Source of the DNA: an uncultured Phycisphaerales bacterium
GTDB lineage: Bacteria; Planctomycetota; Phycisphaerae; Sedimentisphaerales; Anaerobacaceae
Assembly: GCA_963772725.1 (NCBI GenBank)
Contig: CAVYYI010000002.1
Coordinates: 256,001 to 320,000, forward strand
Direction of reading: 5' to 3'
Length of the DNA stretch: 64,000 nucleotides
The notes under the pieces: generated by a model
The model's database searches: none
What the model was told of the DNA's origin: nothing
What the model saw: the letters and a program-made list of their open reading frames with translations, nothing else
In this document: positions 1 through 8,857 of the stretch, one piece after another
How positions within the stretch are numbered: the stretch's first letter is position 1
Layout: every line of letters starts with the position of its first letter
Made by a program: the position numbers and the translations under genes

Positions 1-177
1 AACTTTTCATATAAACCCCTGACAAAGGATAACCCAAATTAACATCTGCCTCGAACATATATTATAACCTAAAACCGCTGAAAAACCAAGCATATTTTAC
101 ATTTTTGGCAGTAAAACTTATTATATCATCAGCTTTTCGTCATTTTAAGGGTAAATTTTTGCATCGACCCATAATAT

Positions 178-206
178 TTGACATATTCTCTAAATTCAAT
201 TAATAT
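178..206 (+). promoter_or_regulatory. sigma70-like promoter for tsaD (near-leaderless)
   Basis: TTGACA 178-183, 17 bp spacer, TAATAT 201-206; ATG at 215. Confidence 0.5.
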
Positions 207-214
207 AAGCGGTT

Positions 215-1257
215 ATGCAAAAAGAAGACAGGGCCATAAATATATTGGGCATAGAGACGAGCTGCGATGAGACCGCCGCCGCAGTGGTTACGGATGGTAA
301 AATCATCCGCTCGTCTATCGTAGCGTCGCAGACCAAACTCCATGAAAAATACGGCGGAGTCGTGCCTGAAATCGCATCGTCGCCCATATTGAAAAAATAT
401 ACCCCGTAATAGCCGAGGCACTGGCTAAGGCGGAAATGGCCGAAAAGGACATCGACGCGGTCGCAATCGCGAATCAGCCCGGCCTGACGGTCGCCCTGAT
501 TGTCGGTGTTACAGCGGCAAAAACGCTGGCCGTTGCGTGGGAAAAGCCTTTAATCGCTATCAATCATTTGCACGCTCACATGCAGTCTGCCCTATTGACC
601 GATGAAACACTTGAGTTGCCCGCGGTGGCTTTGATTGTTTCAGGCGGGCATACGAGTCTTTACGATTGCCATTCGCCGCTGACACCAAAACTTCTCGGCT
701 CGACGATTGACGATGCCGCCGGCGAGGCGTTTGACAAGGTGGCATCAATCCTGAACCTGCCCTACCCGGGCGGGCCTTCAATAGAAAAAGCCGCCAGAAA
801 CGGCAATTCAAAGGCGGTGAAATTTCCCGTCTCGATGCTGGGGAAGGATTCGCTGGATTTTTCTTTCAGCGGCATAAAGACCTCTGTCCTGTATTACTGT
901 CAGGGTCAGGATATGAAGGGACACAGCCGGGTTGAGACAATGACGCCGCAGGAAATCGCTGATATAGCGGCGTCGTTTCAGGCGTCCGTTGTTAATGCCC
1001 TGGTGCGAAAAACGGAAATCGCCGCTGAGCGCATCAACGCCAAAACAGTATTGCTCGGAGGCGGCGTGGCGGCAAATACCGCCTTGCGAGAGGCGATGAA
1101 ACAGATGTGCGATGAGGCCAGACCGCCTTTAAAACTGCTTGTCGCGCCGAAACACTATTGCACTGATAACGCTGTTATGGTAGCCTCATTGGCGTATTAT
1201 AAATTCAAGGCCGGTCTATTCGCGGACATGAGCCTTGAACCAAAAGCTAACGGTTAA
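215..1257 (+). CDS. tsaD: tRNA N6-threonylcarbamoyltransferase TsaD; 1-nt frameshift near 380
   Basis: [11 protein letters not shown] and [10 protein letters not shown] in ORF 215-409; [21 protein letters not shown] and TDNAVMVA in ORF 436-1257; the frames join as EIAS(R)AHIEKIYP. Confidence 0.95.
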
Positions 1258-1275
1258 AGTATAGGTGACTGAATA

Positions 1276-2040
1276 ATGCAGCCTCAGCAAATTAAAAAAC
1301 TGTTACAGCAGGTTAAAGACGGCAGTATCGATATCGATAAGGCCATCGAAAAACTTCGTCATCTGCCGTTCGAAGACTTGGGGTTCGCCAATGTTGACCA
1401 TCATCGCCAGCTTCGCTGCGGCATGCCGGAAGTTATTTATTGTCCGGGCAAAACCACGGAACAGATAATCGAAATCTTTTCGAGCCTCGCCGCCAGGGGC
1501 AATAATGTCCTGGCCACACGCGCCGAACCGGAAATATTTAAAGCCATTGCCAAAACTAAAAAATTCCCGCACCTTCGCTATGAACAGCAGGCCAAAGCCA
1601 TTATCCTTGAGCAGCAAAAAGTTAAACTGTCCCAAAGTGTAATACCGATTATAACCGCTGGAACTGCTGATTTGCCAGTGGCCGCCGAAGCCAAAGTTAC
1701 AGCGGAAATTATGGGCCAGCGGGCGGAAATCGTCTGCGATGTCGGTGTGGCGGGCCTGCACAGGCTTTTAGGAAAAATTGATAAATTCAATAACGCCAAT
1801 GTCGTTATTGTAGTAGCTGGTATGGAAGGCGCCCTTGCCAGCGTGGTTGGAGGACTGGTCGATTGCCCCGTAATAGCCGTTCCCACAAGTATAGGCTACG
1901 GCGCAAGTTTTGGGGGTGTAGCGGCTCTTTTAACAATGCTAAACAGTTGCGCATCAGGGGTAGCGGTGGTAAATATCGACAACGGTTTTTCCGCCGCAGT
2001 CATCGCCGCCGCCATCAACAGAAAAATAGATAAAAATTAG
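1276..2040 (+). CDS. larB: nickel pincer cofactor biosynthesis protein LarB (AIR-carboxylase-like)
   Basis: DHHRQLRCGMPEVIY, AGTADLPVA, DVGVAGLHRL, AGMEGAL, PTSIGYG, VVNIDNGF. Confidence 0.92.
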   Translation: MQPQQIKKLLQQVKDGSIDIDKAIEKLRHLPFEDLGFANVDHHRQLRCGMPEVIYCPGKTTEQIIEIFSSLAARGNNVLATRAEPEIFKAIAKTKKFPHLRYEQQAKAIILEQQKVKLSQSVIPIITAGTADLPVAAEAKVTAEIMGQRAEIVCDVGVAGLHRLLGKIDKFNNANVVIVVAGMEGALASVVGGLVDCPVIAVPTSIGYGASFGGVAALLTMLNSCASGVAVVNIDNGFSAAVIAAAINRKIDKN

Positions 2041-2125
2041 ACACGGTTTAACACGGAATTTCTTAGACACAGATTAGCACCGATTTACACTGTTTAAAAA
2101 TATTAACCGCTCAGGTCGCAAAGAT

Positions 2126-2854
2126 ATGGGAAAAAATAATAAGTCGGAAATAAAAAACGGCGGGGTGGAGGTGCGGAAGCCGTATCTGAAAAAAGACGGG
2201 ACTCGCGGCAATCTGGAGGTTTGGATTGTCGATGGAGCGTATATACGCGGGCATATAGATGAGGAATTTACGAACTTCGGGCAGCATTACCGTTATAAAT
2301 ATATTCCGAAAAATGAACTGTGGATAGACGCTGAGGCGGAACACGATGAGAGGAGATTTTTTATAGACCATCTTTTGGTTGAGCATCGACTGATGGAAAA
2401 AGGGGAAAGTTACAACAAGGCACTGGCCAAGGCGGACTGCGAGGAGCGCAAGGAGCGGCGGCGGGCGGGCGATGTCAGGCGGGCGACAAATAACGGTAAG
2501 GACCTGCCGGAAGGCAAAGCGGTTCACGAGCGGCTGTGGAAGACGCTGGAGAACGGTGTGCAGGTGTGGATTGTCAACGGCAGGAGCGTGCGGAGCGTTT
2601 TCGATATTGATTTTACCGCCGGCGGCCATGACCACGTTTATGAGTTTGTGCCTAAAAATGAGGTGTGGATTGACGACGACATAGTTGAGCAGGAGCGAGG
2701 GTATGTGCTTTTGCATGAACTGCACGAGCGGAATCAAATGGAAAAGGGGCAGCCTTACAGCAAGGCACACGCGGAGTCGAGTAAAGTGGAATATCACTGT
2801 CGCCATCATCCTGATGAATTGCACGATGCACTTGTAGCGGAAGGCTGGGCGTAG
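2126..2854 (+). CDS. hypothetical protein with two tandem ~75 aa repeats; second repeat has a HExxE motif
   Basis: repeated VWIV[DN]G..R...FT..G.....PKNE.WID...MEKG..Y.KA. Confidence 0.8.
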   Translation: MGKNNKSEIKNGGVEVRKPYLKKDGTRGNLEVWIVDGAYIRGHIDEEFTNFGQHYRYKYIPKNELWIDAEAEHDERRFFIDHLLVEHRLMEKGESYNKALAKADCEERKERRRAGDVRRATNNGKDLPEGKAVHERLWKTLENGVQVWIVNGRSVRSVFDIDFTAGGHDHVYEFVPKNEVWIDDDIVEQERGYVLLHELHERNQMEKGQPYSKAHAESSKVEYHCRHHPDELHDALVAEGWA

Positions 2855-3281
2855 AGCAGGTATGTCTAACTTTCAACATCGAACATCGAATGAAAAAAAT
2901 AACCGCCGAGGCTGCATTTAATTTTAGATTTTGGATTGCCGATTTTAGATTGAAAGAGCGTCGTTCGTCTCTTGTCGTTCATATTTTGACGCTTCACGAA
3001 ATACGCTTCACTTTTTTTCATCGGTGTAATCAGAAAAATTTCCTGACGTCTTTGCGCCTTGGCGGGAAATACTGTAAAATGACATATTATGGGGCGTTAG
3101 TTGTTAAGATAGGCAAGATATTTGGTTGTTTCGGCTAATAAAAACATTAAAATAAAAATTTTGAGGTTTGATATTGTTTTTTGTATTGACTAATTTTGAT
3201 AGTTGAAGAAAATACTGGTGTGAAAGTAAGGTTTAAATAAGAGCATAAAAATATTAACTTTTAAATCAGCGAGGTCAAAAA

Positions 3282-3467
3282 ATGAAACTTGCAGATATAC
3301 AGAAAAAAGCCAAAGGTTTAGGCATAAACGGCGAAAAGATGCAGAAGACGGATTTAATTCACGCCATACAAAGTGCTGAAGGTTATCCACAGTGTTACGC
3401 CACATCAAAGGGCAAATGCCCGTACGTAAAATGCTGCTTTATGTCGGATTGCCTGAAAATAAAATAG
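3282..3467 (+). CDS. small Rho-N/SAP-like protein with Cys-rich C-terminus
   Basis: SD GAGG; IQKKAKGLGI..KTDLIHAIQSAEG then C-x7-C-x4-CC-x4-C. Confidence 0.75.
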   Translation: MKLADIQKKAKGLGINGEKMQKTDLIHAIQSAEGYPQCYATSKGKCPYVKCCFMSDCLKIK

Positions 3468-3730
3468 TCTGTTTTACCACGGGGTTCACGCAGAACGCGG
3501 AGATATTTTAATTTATACAATCATTCTCTACCGTCTTTAAGTCTTCTGCAATTGAAAGCACACAAGTAGTATAGGTTTTTAATTAATTCAAAGCAGGCTT
3601 CGGAGTTAAACTGCATATTGGCGGGAAAGCAAATCCTTTACATTAAGGCGGGGGTTTATTAGAATTAAACGGCTGTAATATTTGGATGATTCAGCTTTTT
3701 TTTATTTTTGAATAATTTTCGGAAGGCACA

Positions 3731-6442
3731 ATGACGCAAGAGCTTTCAAAGGTTTATGAACCAAAGATGATAGAGCAGGCGGCGAACGAAATCTGGTTTT
3801 CAGGCGGATATTTTCACACGGAGCCGCCGGCACGCGGCGGAAGGCAGGCCAGGAGCTATACGATAGTAATACCGCCGCCAAACATCACAGGGGCTTTGCA
3901 CATGGGTCATGCGCTGAATAATACGCTGCAGGACATATTGATTCGGACAAAGAGGATGCAGGGTTTTAATACGCTGTGGATGCCGGGAACAGACCACGCG
4001 GGTATCGCGACGCAATCTGTGGTGGAGAAAAGGGCGTTCCAGGAGAGCGGGCGGACGCGTCATCAAATCGGCAGAGAAACGCTTGTTGGAATGATATGGA
4101 AATGGCGAAACGAATACGGCAACAGGATACTCGAGCAGCTCAAGGGAATGGGGGTAAGCTGCGACTGGCAGCGCACACGCTTTACGCTGGACGAAATGTG
4201 CGCCAAGGCGGTGCGGCATACATTCGTTAATCTGTTTAAAGAAGGTCTTATTTATCGCGGCAAACGCCTTGTGAACTGGGACCCGGCGCTGCAGACCGCG
4301 GTAGCGGATGACGAGGTTGTGCATAAGACGGTAGCGGGCAATTTTTATTATATCAGATACCCGTTTGCGGACGGGAAAGGGCATATAACGGTAGCGACGA
4401 CTAGGCCTGAGACCATGCTGGGCGATACAGCGGTGGCTGTAAATCCCAAGGAGCCGCGAGCGAAGGAACTCATCGATAAAATGCTTATACTGCCTTTAAC
4501 GGACAGGAAGATTCCGATTATCGCGGACGATTATGTAAAGCTCGGCGAGGGAACAGGGTTTTTGAAAGTTACCCCTGCCCACGACCCGAACGACTATGAA
4601 ATCGGGCTGAGGCACAATCTTGCGATGATAAATATTCTGACACCGGACGCGAAGATTAACGAGAACGGCGGGAAATACAAAGGCCTTGACCGATATGAGG
4701 CCAGAAAGGCTGTTGTGGCGGATTTGGAGGCGATGGGGCTGGTTGAGAAAATCGAGCCGAGAGAGCAGGAGGTTGGCCACAGCGACCGAAGCGGTGTTGT
4801 GATTGAGCCTTATCTTTCCGACCAGTGGTTTGTCAAGGTTGAGCCGCTGGCGAGAAAGGCTATTGAGGCTGTGGAAAGCAATGAAATAAAATTCCATCCT
4901 GAGCGGTACAAGAGGAGTTATCTCGATTGGCTGTACGGAATTCGCGACTGGTGCATAAGCAGGCAGCTCTGGTGGGGACATCGGATACCGGTGTGGTATT
5001 GTCAGGAATGCGGACAAATCAATACCGGAATTGAAGACCCGGTAAAATGCGAGAAGTGCGGTTCTGGAAAGCTGGTACAGGACGCCGACGTTTTGGATAC
5101 GTGGTTTAGTTCTGCCTTGTGGCCACACAGCACGATGGGCTGGCCTGAACAGACGGAGGAATTGAAATTTTATTACCCGACAAATACGCTGGTTACATCA
5201 CGCGATATTATTACACTGTGGGTTTCGCGAATGGTGATGATGGGGCTGCATAATACCGGCAGGATACCATTTACGGACGTTTTTATTCACGGCAAGATTC
5301 TGGACGGTAAAGGCGAAACGATGTCGAAAAGCAAGGGCAACGGCATTGACCCGCTGGATATTATCGAGACTTACGGCGCGGACGCGATGCGATTCAGCCT
5401 GGCGATGATGACCACTGAAAGCCAGGATATGCGGATGCCGGTGGCGAAGGACGACAAAGGCAGAAACATAAGCGAGAAGTTCGATATAGGCAGAAATTTC
5501 TGCAACAAGCTGTGGAACGCGTCGCGATTCGCGATGATGAACCTTGATGGCATTGAGCCGGAGAAATTCGATAAGGACAAACTTGATATAACAGACAGGT
5601 GGATTCTTTCCCGGCTGGCGCAAACTATCGCCGATGTTACCAAGTCCATAGATGAGTTCAAAATCAGCGAGCCGCTGGTACAGATTTATAAATTTTTCTG
5701 GAATGATTTCTGCGACTGGTACGTGGAGTGGGCAAAACCGCGGATAAGAGACGAAAAGCAGAAACCTATCGCTCAGAATGTTCTGGCGTTTGTGCTTGAC
5801 CAGATTTTACGAATGCTTCATCCGTTTGTGCCGTTCATTACGGAGGGCATATTTCAGAAGCTTAACGAGATTACGCCAATAAGAGAGTTAAGAGGTCTGG
5901 TAAAGGCGTCGCCGGCAAAAGCGATTGTGGTTTCGCAGTGGCCTGCTTCGGCGGATTTTCTGAAAAATGAAAGTATTGAAAAGCAAATCAGCCAAATACA
6001 GGCGATAGTCCACAGCATACGCGATATTCGCAGCAAGTACAATAAGATGCCGGCGGAAAAACTGGCAGTTTCAGTCAACGCGGCAAATGAGACGGCGGAG
6101 GCGCTTAACGCCAATTCGCATCTTATCAGTCAATTGGCCGGGCTGAGTGAATTTACGGCGGGAGCGAATATTGAAAAGCCTGAAAACGCGGCAGCGGCGA
6201 TTGTTGAGCAGATACAGCTTTACGTTCATAACGTAATAGACATCAAGGCGGAGCGGTATCGGCTTGAAAAGCAAAAACTCCAGGTGGAAAACGCCAAAAA
6301 AAGCATAGAGGCAAAACTGAATAATGAGAATTTTATCAAGAGAGCCAAGAGTGAAGTTGTGGAGCAGACAAAGGCAAAATTAGCGGAACTTAATGAGCAG
6401 ATAGCTACAATCGAAAAGCATCTTTCAGAACTTAGCGGCTGA
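3731..6442 (+). CDS. valS: valine--tRNA ligase
   Basis: PPPNITGALHMGH, DHAGIATQ, DWCISRQLWWGH, DTWFSS, (T)MSKS, C-terminal coiled coil. Confidence 0.98.
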   Translation: MTQELSKVYEPKMIEQAANEIWFSGGYFHTEPPARGGRQARSYTIVIPPPNITGALHMGHALNNTLQDILIRTKRMQGFNTLWMPGTDHAGIATQSVVEKRAFQESGRTRHQIGRETLVGMIWKWRNEYGNRILEQLKGMGVSCDWQRTRFTLDEMCAKAVRHTFVNLFKEGLIYRGKRLVNWDPALQTAVADDEVVHKTVAGNFYYIRYPFADGKGHITVATTRPETMLGDTAVAVNPKEPRAKELIDKMLILPLTDRKIPIIADDYVKLGEGTGFLKVTPAHDPNDYEIGLRHNLAMINILTPDAKINENGGKYKGLDRYEARKAVVADLEAMGLVEKIEPREQEVGHSDRSGVVIEPYLSDQWFVKVEPLARKAIEAVESNEIKFHPERYKRSYLDWLYGIRDWCISRQLWWGHRIPVWYCQECGQINTGIEDPVKCEKCGSGKLVQDADVLDTWFSSALWPHSTMGWPEQTEELKFYYPTNTLVTSRDIITLWVSRMVMMGLHNTGRIPFTDVFIHGKILDGKGETMSKSKGNGIDPLDIIETYGADAMRFSLAMMTTESQDMRMPVAKDDKGRNISEKFDIGRNFCNKLWNASRFAMMNLDGIEPEKFDKDKLDITDRWILSRLAQTIADVTKSIDEFKISEPLVQIYKFFWNDFCDWYVEWAKPRIRDEKQKPIAQNVLAFVLDQILRMLHPFVPFITEGIFQKLNEITPIRELRGLVKASPAKAIVVSQWPASADFLKNESIEKQISQIQAIVHSIRDIRSKYNKMPAEKLAVSVNAANETAEALNANSHLISQLAGLSEFTAGANIEKPENAAAAIVEQIQLYVHNVIDIKAERYRLEKQKLQVENAKKSIEAKLNNENFIKRAKSEVVEQTKAKLAELNEQIATIEKHLSELSG

Positions 6443-6466
6443 TTTTCAATGAAAGGTTGGTGAAAA

Positions 6467-6862
6467 ATGGATGTGGAAGTTGAATTATCACGAATAGTTA
6501 TAAATGAAACATCCGACCAGCAACTGATAGTGCTGAAAGAGCGTTACGGTGAGCGGAGTTTTCCTATTGTTATAGGGATAGTTGAGGTTTTCGCGATAGA
6601 CCGGCGTTTAAAGGGCATCAAGTCGCCGCGACCGATGACGCACGATTTACTGGACAGCATAATCAGGAGTCTTGGGGCTAAAATAAATAAAATTGTGGTA
6701 AATGACCTTCGCAACCATACTTTTTTCGCGAAGATTTATCTTACGGCGAATGAGCATACTTACGAGATAGATTCACGGCCATCGGACGCGATAGCACTTG
6801 GGGTGGTGTCAGATGCGCCTATTTATGTTGCGGAGCATGTTTTTGGGAAAGCTTCTCAGTAA
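6467..6862 (+). CDS. bifunctional nuclease family protein (DUF151)
   Basis: PIVIG, PRPMTHDLL, IDSRPSDAIAL. Confidence 0.9.
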   Translation: MDVEVELSRIVINETSDQQLIVLKERYGERSFPIVIGIVEVFAIDRRLKGIKSPRPMTHDLLDSIIRSLGAKINKIVVNDLRNHTFFAKIYLTANEHTYEIDSRPSDAIALGVVSDAPIYVAEHVFGKASQ

Positions 6863-7400
6863 AAAAACCTGAAATAATCAGCAAAGCCACCCCGATACAG
6901 AGAATGGAATCTGCAACGTTGAAGGCGGGCCAGTGATGGCCTTTGTAATAGACGTCGATGAAATCACGTACAAAGCCATCATTAAAAATTCTATCGTAGA
7001 GGTTTCCACAGACGCCGCCGGCAAAAAGAGCAAGTGCGATATATACGAGTTTATTTTGTATTTTACCAAAGAGAAATACACCGATAATAGCAATCAACGA
7101 GATAACCGAGACGGCAACGAGTAAAAACCGCTGCCCGGAGGCGAGACCGAAAGCTGCGCCATCGTTAATCGCCACAACGAACTGCAAAAAATTATCAATA
7201 ACGGAAAAAGTTTCGGATGGATGGAGCCATTTGAAAACGGCGGCTTTAGTCCATAAATCAAGCGTTACCCCAGCAATTATTGTTAACCAGAAAATAAGGT
7301 GTGCTTTTATACAGGGGAGTTTGACGGCATTGGAAACAGACGAAAAAACATAGCCCTGGTCGGGTTGGGCTTTATCCTGGTAATCGTGTAATTCAGTCAT
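6819..7400 (-). CDS. lspA: lipoprotein signal peptidase II
   Basis: DLWTK, NDGAAFG, GNLYDR, VRDFI, WPAFNVADS. Confidence 0.95.
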   Translation of the reverse strand: MTELHDYQDKAQPDQGYVFSSVSNAVKLPCIKAHLIFWLTIIAGVTLDLWTKAAVFKWLHPSETFSVIDNFLQFVVAINDGAAFGLASGQRFLLVAVSVISLIAIIGVFLFGKIQNKLVYIALALFAGGVCGNLYDRIFNDGFVRDFIDVYYKGHHWPAFNVADSILCIGVALLIISGFFTEKLSQKHAPQHK

Positions 7401-7431
7401 AAGAAATTTGTGTAAATTAAAAGCAAAGATG

Positions 7432-8424
7432 TTATTTGCCTGATTTTGAATATTTCTGAATCAAAGCAAGGAGTTTACTTTTTTCGGGCTGGTCGGGTTT
7501 AATTTCGAGAGACGAACGCCACTGCTGAATGGCCTTTTCCCTGAGGGTTTCATCAATGGAACCGTCGGGTTTTTTGGCTTTGAGCATATAGGCAACGCCA
7601 AGCCCTCGCATCGCATCATAATCCTTATTATTAACCTCGATGGCTCTACTGTAGTTTTTTATCGACTGGTCAATGTCGTTGAGTTTTAACCAGCAGTAGC
7701 CAAGATACTTAAACGCATCGTTATTGGCGGGGTCAATCTGAACGACGGAATCGAGGAGTTCTTTGGCGGGTTCATTGCTGCCCTGACGGAGGTAAACAAC
7801 GGCCAGCGCCATCATAGTCGCGGTGTTATTGTGTTCAAGCTCAAGGGCGCGTTTGTAATAAGTGATGGCCTGATTATGGTCTTTCTGAGCCTCGTAAATA
7901 TCGCCGAAAAGTTTGGGGAGTTCCGCCGAATCAGGTTCAATCTGTTCGGCCTGCTTCCCATAGGTTACGGCAGTGTTGTAGTCCTTGATTTCGGAATAGC
8001 ATTTGGCGGCATTGATATGCGCGTCAAAATTGGCTGGTTCAAGCTCGCAGGCCCTATTATAAGCATTAGCCGCCTGCTGGAATTTGCCCATAGCCTGATA
8101 TGCTTTGCCGAGCCCGAGAAAGTCTTTGAAAGACCAGGGATTGAACTCCGTTGCCTTCTCATAAGAGACGGCGCTCTGTTCATATTTTTTCATATCCTGA
8201 TAGACTTCGCCCCTCATCGAATATGCCAGTGAAAATTTTTTGTTTATGTCGATAGCGGCGTTAAGGTCTTCGATGGCTTTGTCGTTTTCGTTAAGTTCCC
8301 TGTCCCTGACGGCGTTAACATACAAATCGACCGCCTGCTGCTGTGTGGCACAGCCTGCACCCAAAAGAGTTATACCCATAAGAATTGTAAATATTACTAT
8401 GTGCACCATATTACCGGGTACCAT
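7432..8424 (-). CDS. TPR-repeat lipoprotein
   Basis: hydrophobic N-terminus with lipobox LGAGC; multiple 34-aa TPR patterns. Confidence 0.85.
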   Translation of the reverse strand: MVPGNMVHIVIFTILMGITLLGAGCATQQQAVDLYVNAVRDRELNENDKAIEDLNAAIDINKKFSLAYSMRGEVYQDMKKYEQSAVSYEKATEFNPWSFKDFLGLGKAYQAMGKFQQAANAYNRACELEPANFDAHINAAKCYSEIKDYNTAVTYGKQAEQIEPDSAELPKLFGDIYEAQKDHNQAITYYKRALELEHNNTATMMALAVVYLRQGSNEPAKELLDSVVQIDPANNDAFKYLGYCWLKLNDIDQSIKNYSRAIEVNNKDYDAMRGLGVAYMLKAKKPDGSIDETLREKAIQQWRSSLEIKPDQPEKSKLLALIQKYSKSGK

Positions 8425-8523
8425 GGCTTTCCCTTTCGATTATAAAGTCAATTCTAAAAACCATTTAGATTATAGCAAATAGTCGAAAATTGTCAAAAAG
8501 ATTTATAAATGGAATTCAGACGG

Positions 8524-8684
8524 GGGTGCATCTGCCGTTTGTAGGTAAATCCATTTTTTGTCATTGCGAGCGAAGCGAAGCAATCTCATAGCCCAATCAG
8601 CATAATAGATTTCCACGGCCTGCTTCGCAGGCCTCGCAATGACAATGGGGTGTCTATTTCTACCTACAAACGGCAGATGCACCC
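8524..8684. mobile_element. MITE, 161 bp, with 24 bp perfect TIRs and 9 bp TSD (TTCAGACGG)
   Basis: GGGTGCATCTGCCGTTTGTAGGTA at 8524-8547 and its reverse complement at 8661-8684; TTCAGACGG at 8515-8523 and 8685-8693. Confidence 0.9.
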
Positions 8685-8857
8685 TTCAGACGGCCAAGGA
8701 GCGTCGCAGAGGCTATTAAAGCAGGGATGTTTTTTCTGAAGATGAAAGAGGACTTGTTTTTCCTTGACATTTTGCAAGTGAGCCTGTATTTGTCAAATCT
8801 TTGTTGTTAAATTTTATTTTGATAATGGCCGATAATAACAGCGGCTGAAAATTAATT

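Noticed and set aside
2111..2824. 237 aa ORF on the - strand
   Set aside because: Antisense to the tandem-domain gene, which has the coherent internal repeat.
3560..3730. T-box riboswitch upstream of valS
   Set aside because: An AGTA-like word is present but there is no GGTGGNACC T-box or terminator.
5317..5331. ValS TMSKS instead of KMSKS
   Set aside because: The second, catalytic Lys is retained; treated as ordinary variation.
6819..6862. 44 bp convergent overlap of DUF151 and lspA
   Set aside because: Short tail-to-tail overlaps are common and nothing here indicates a function.
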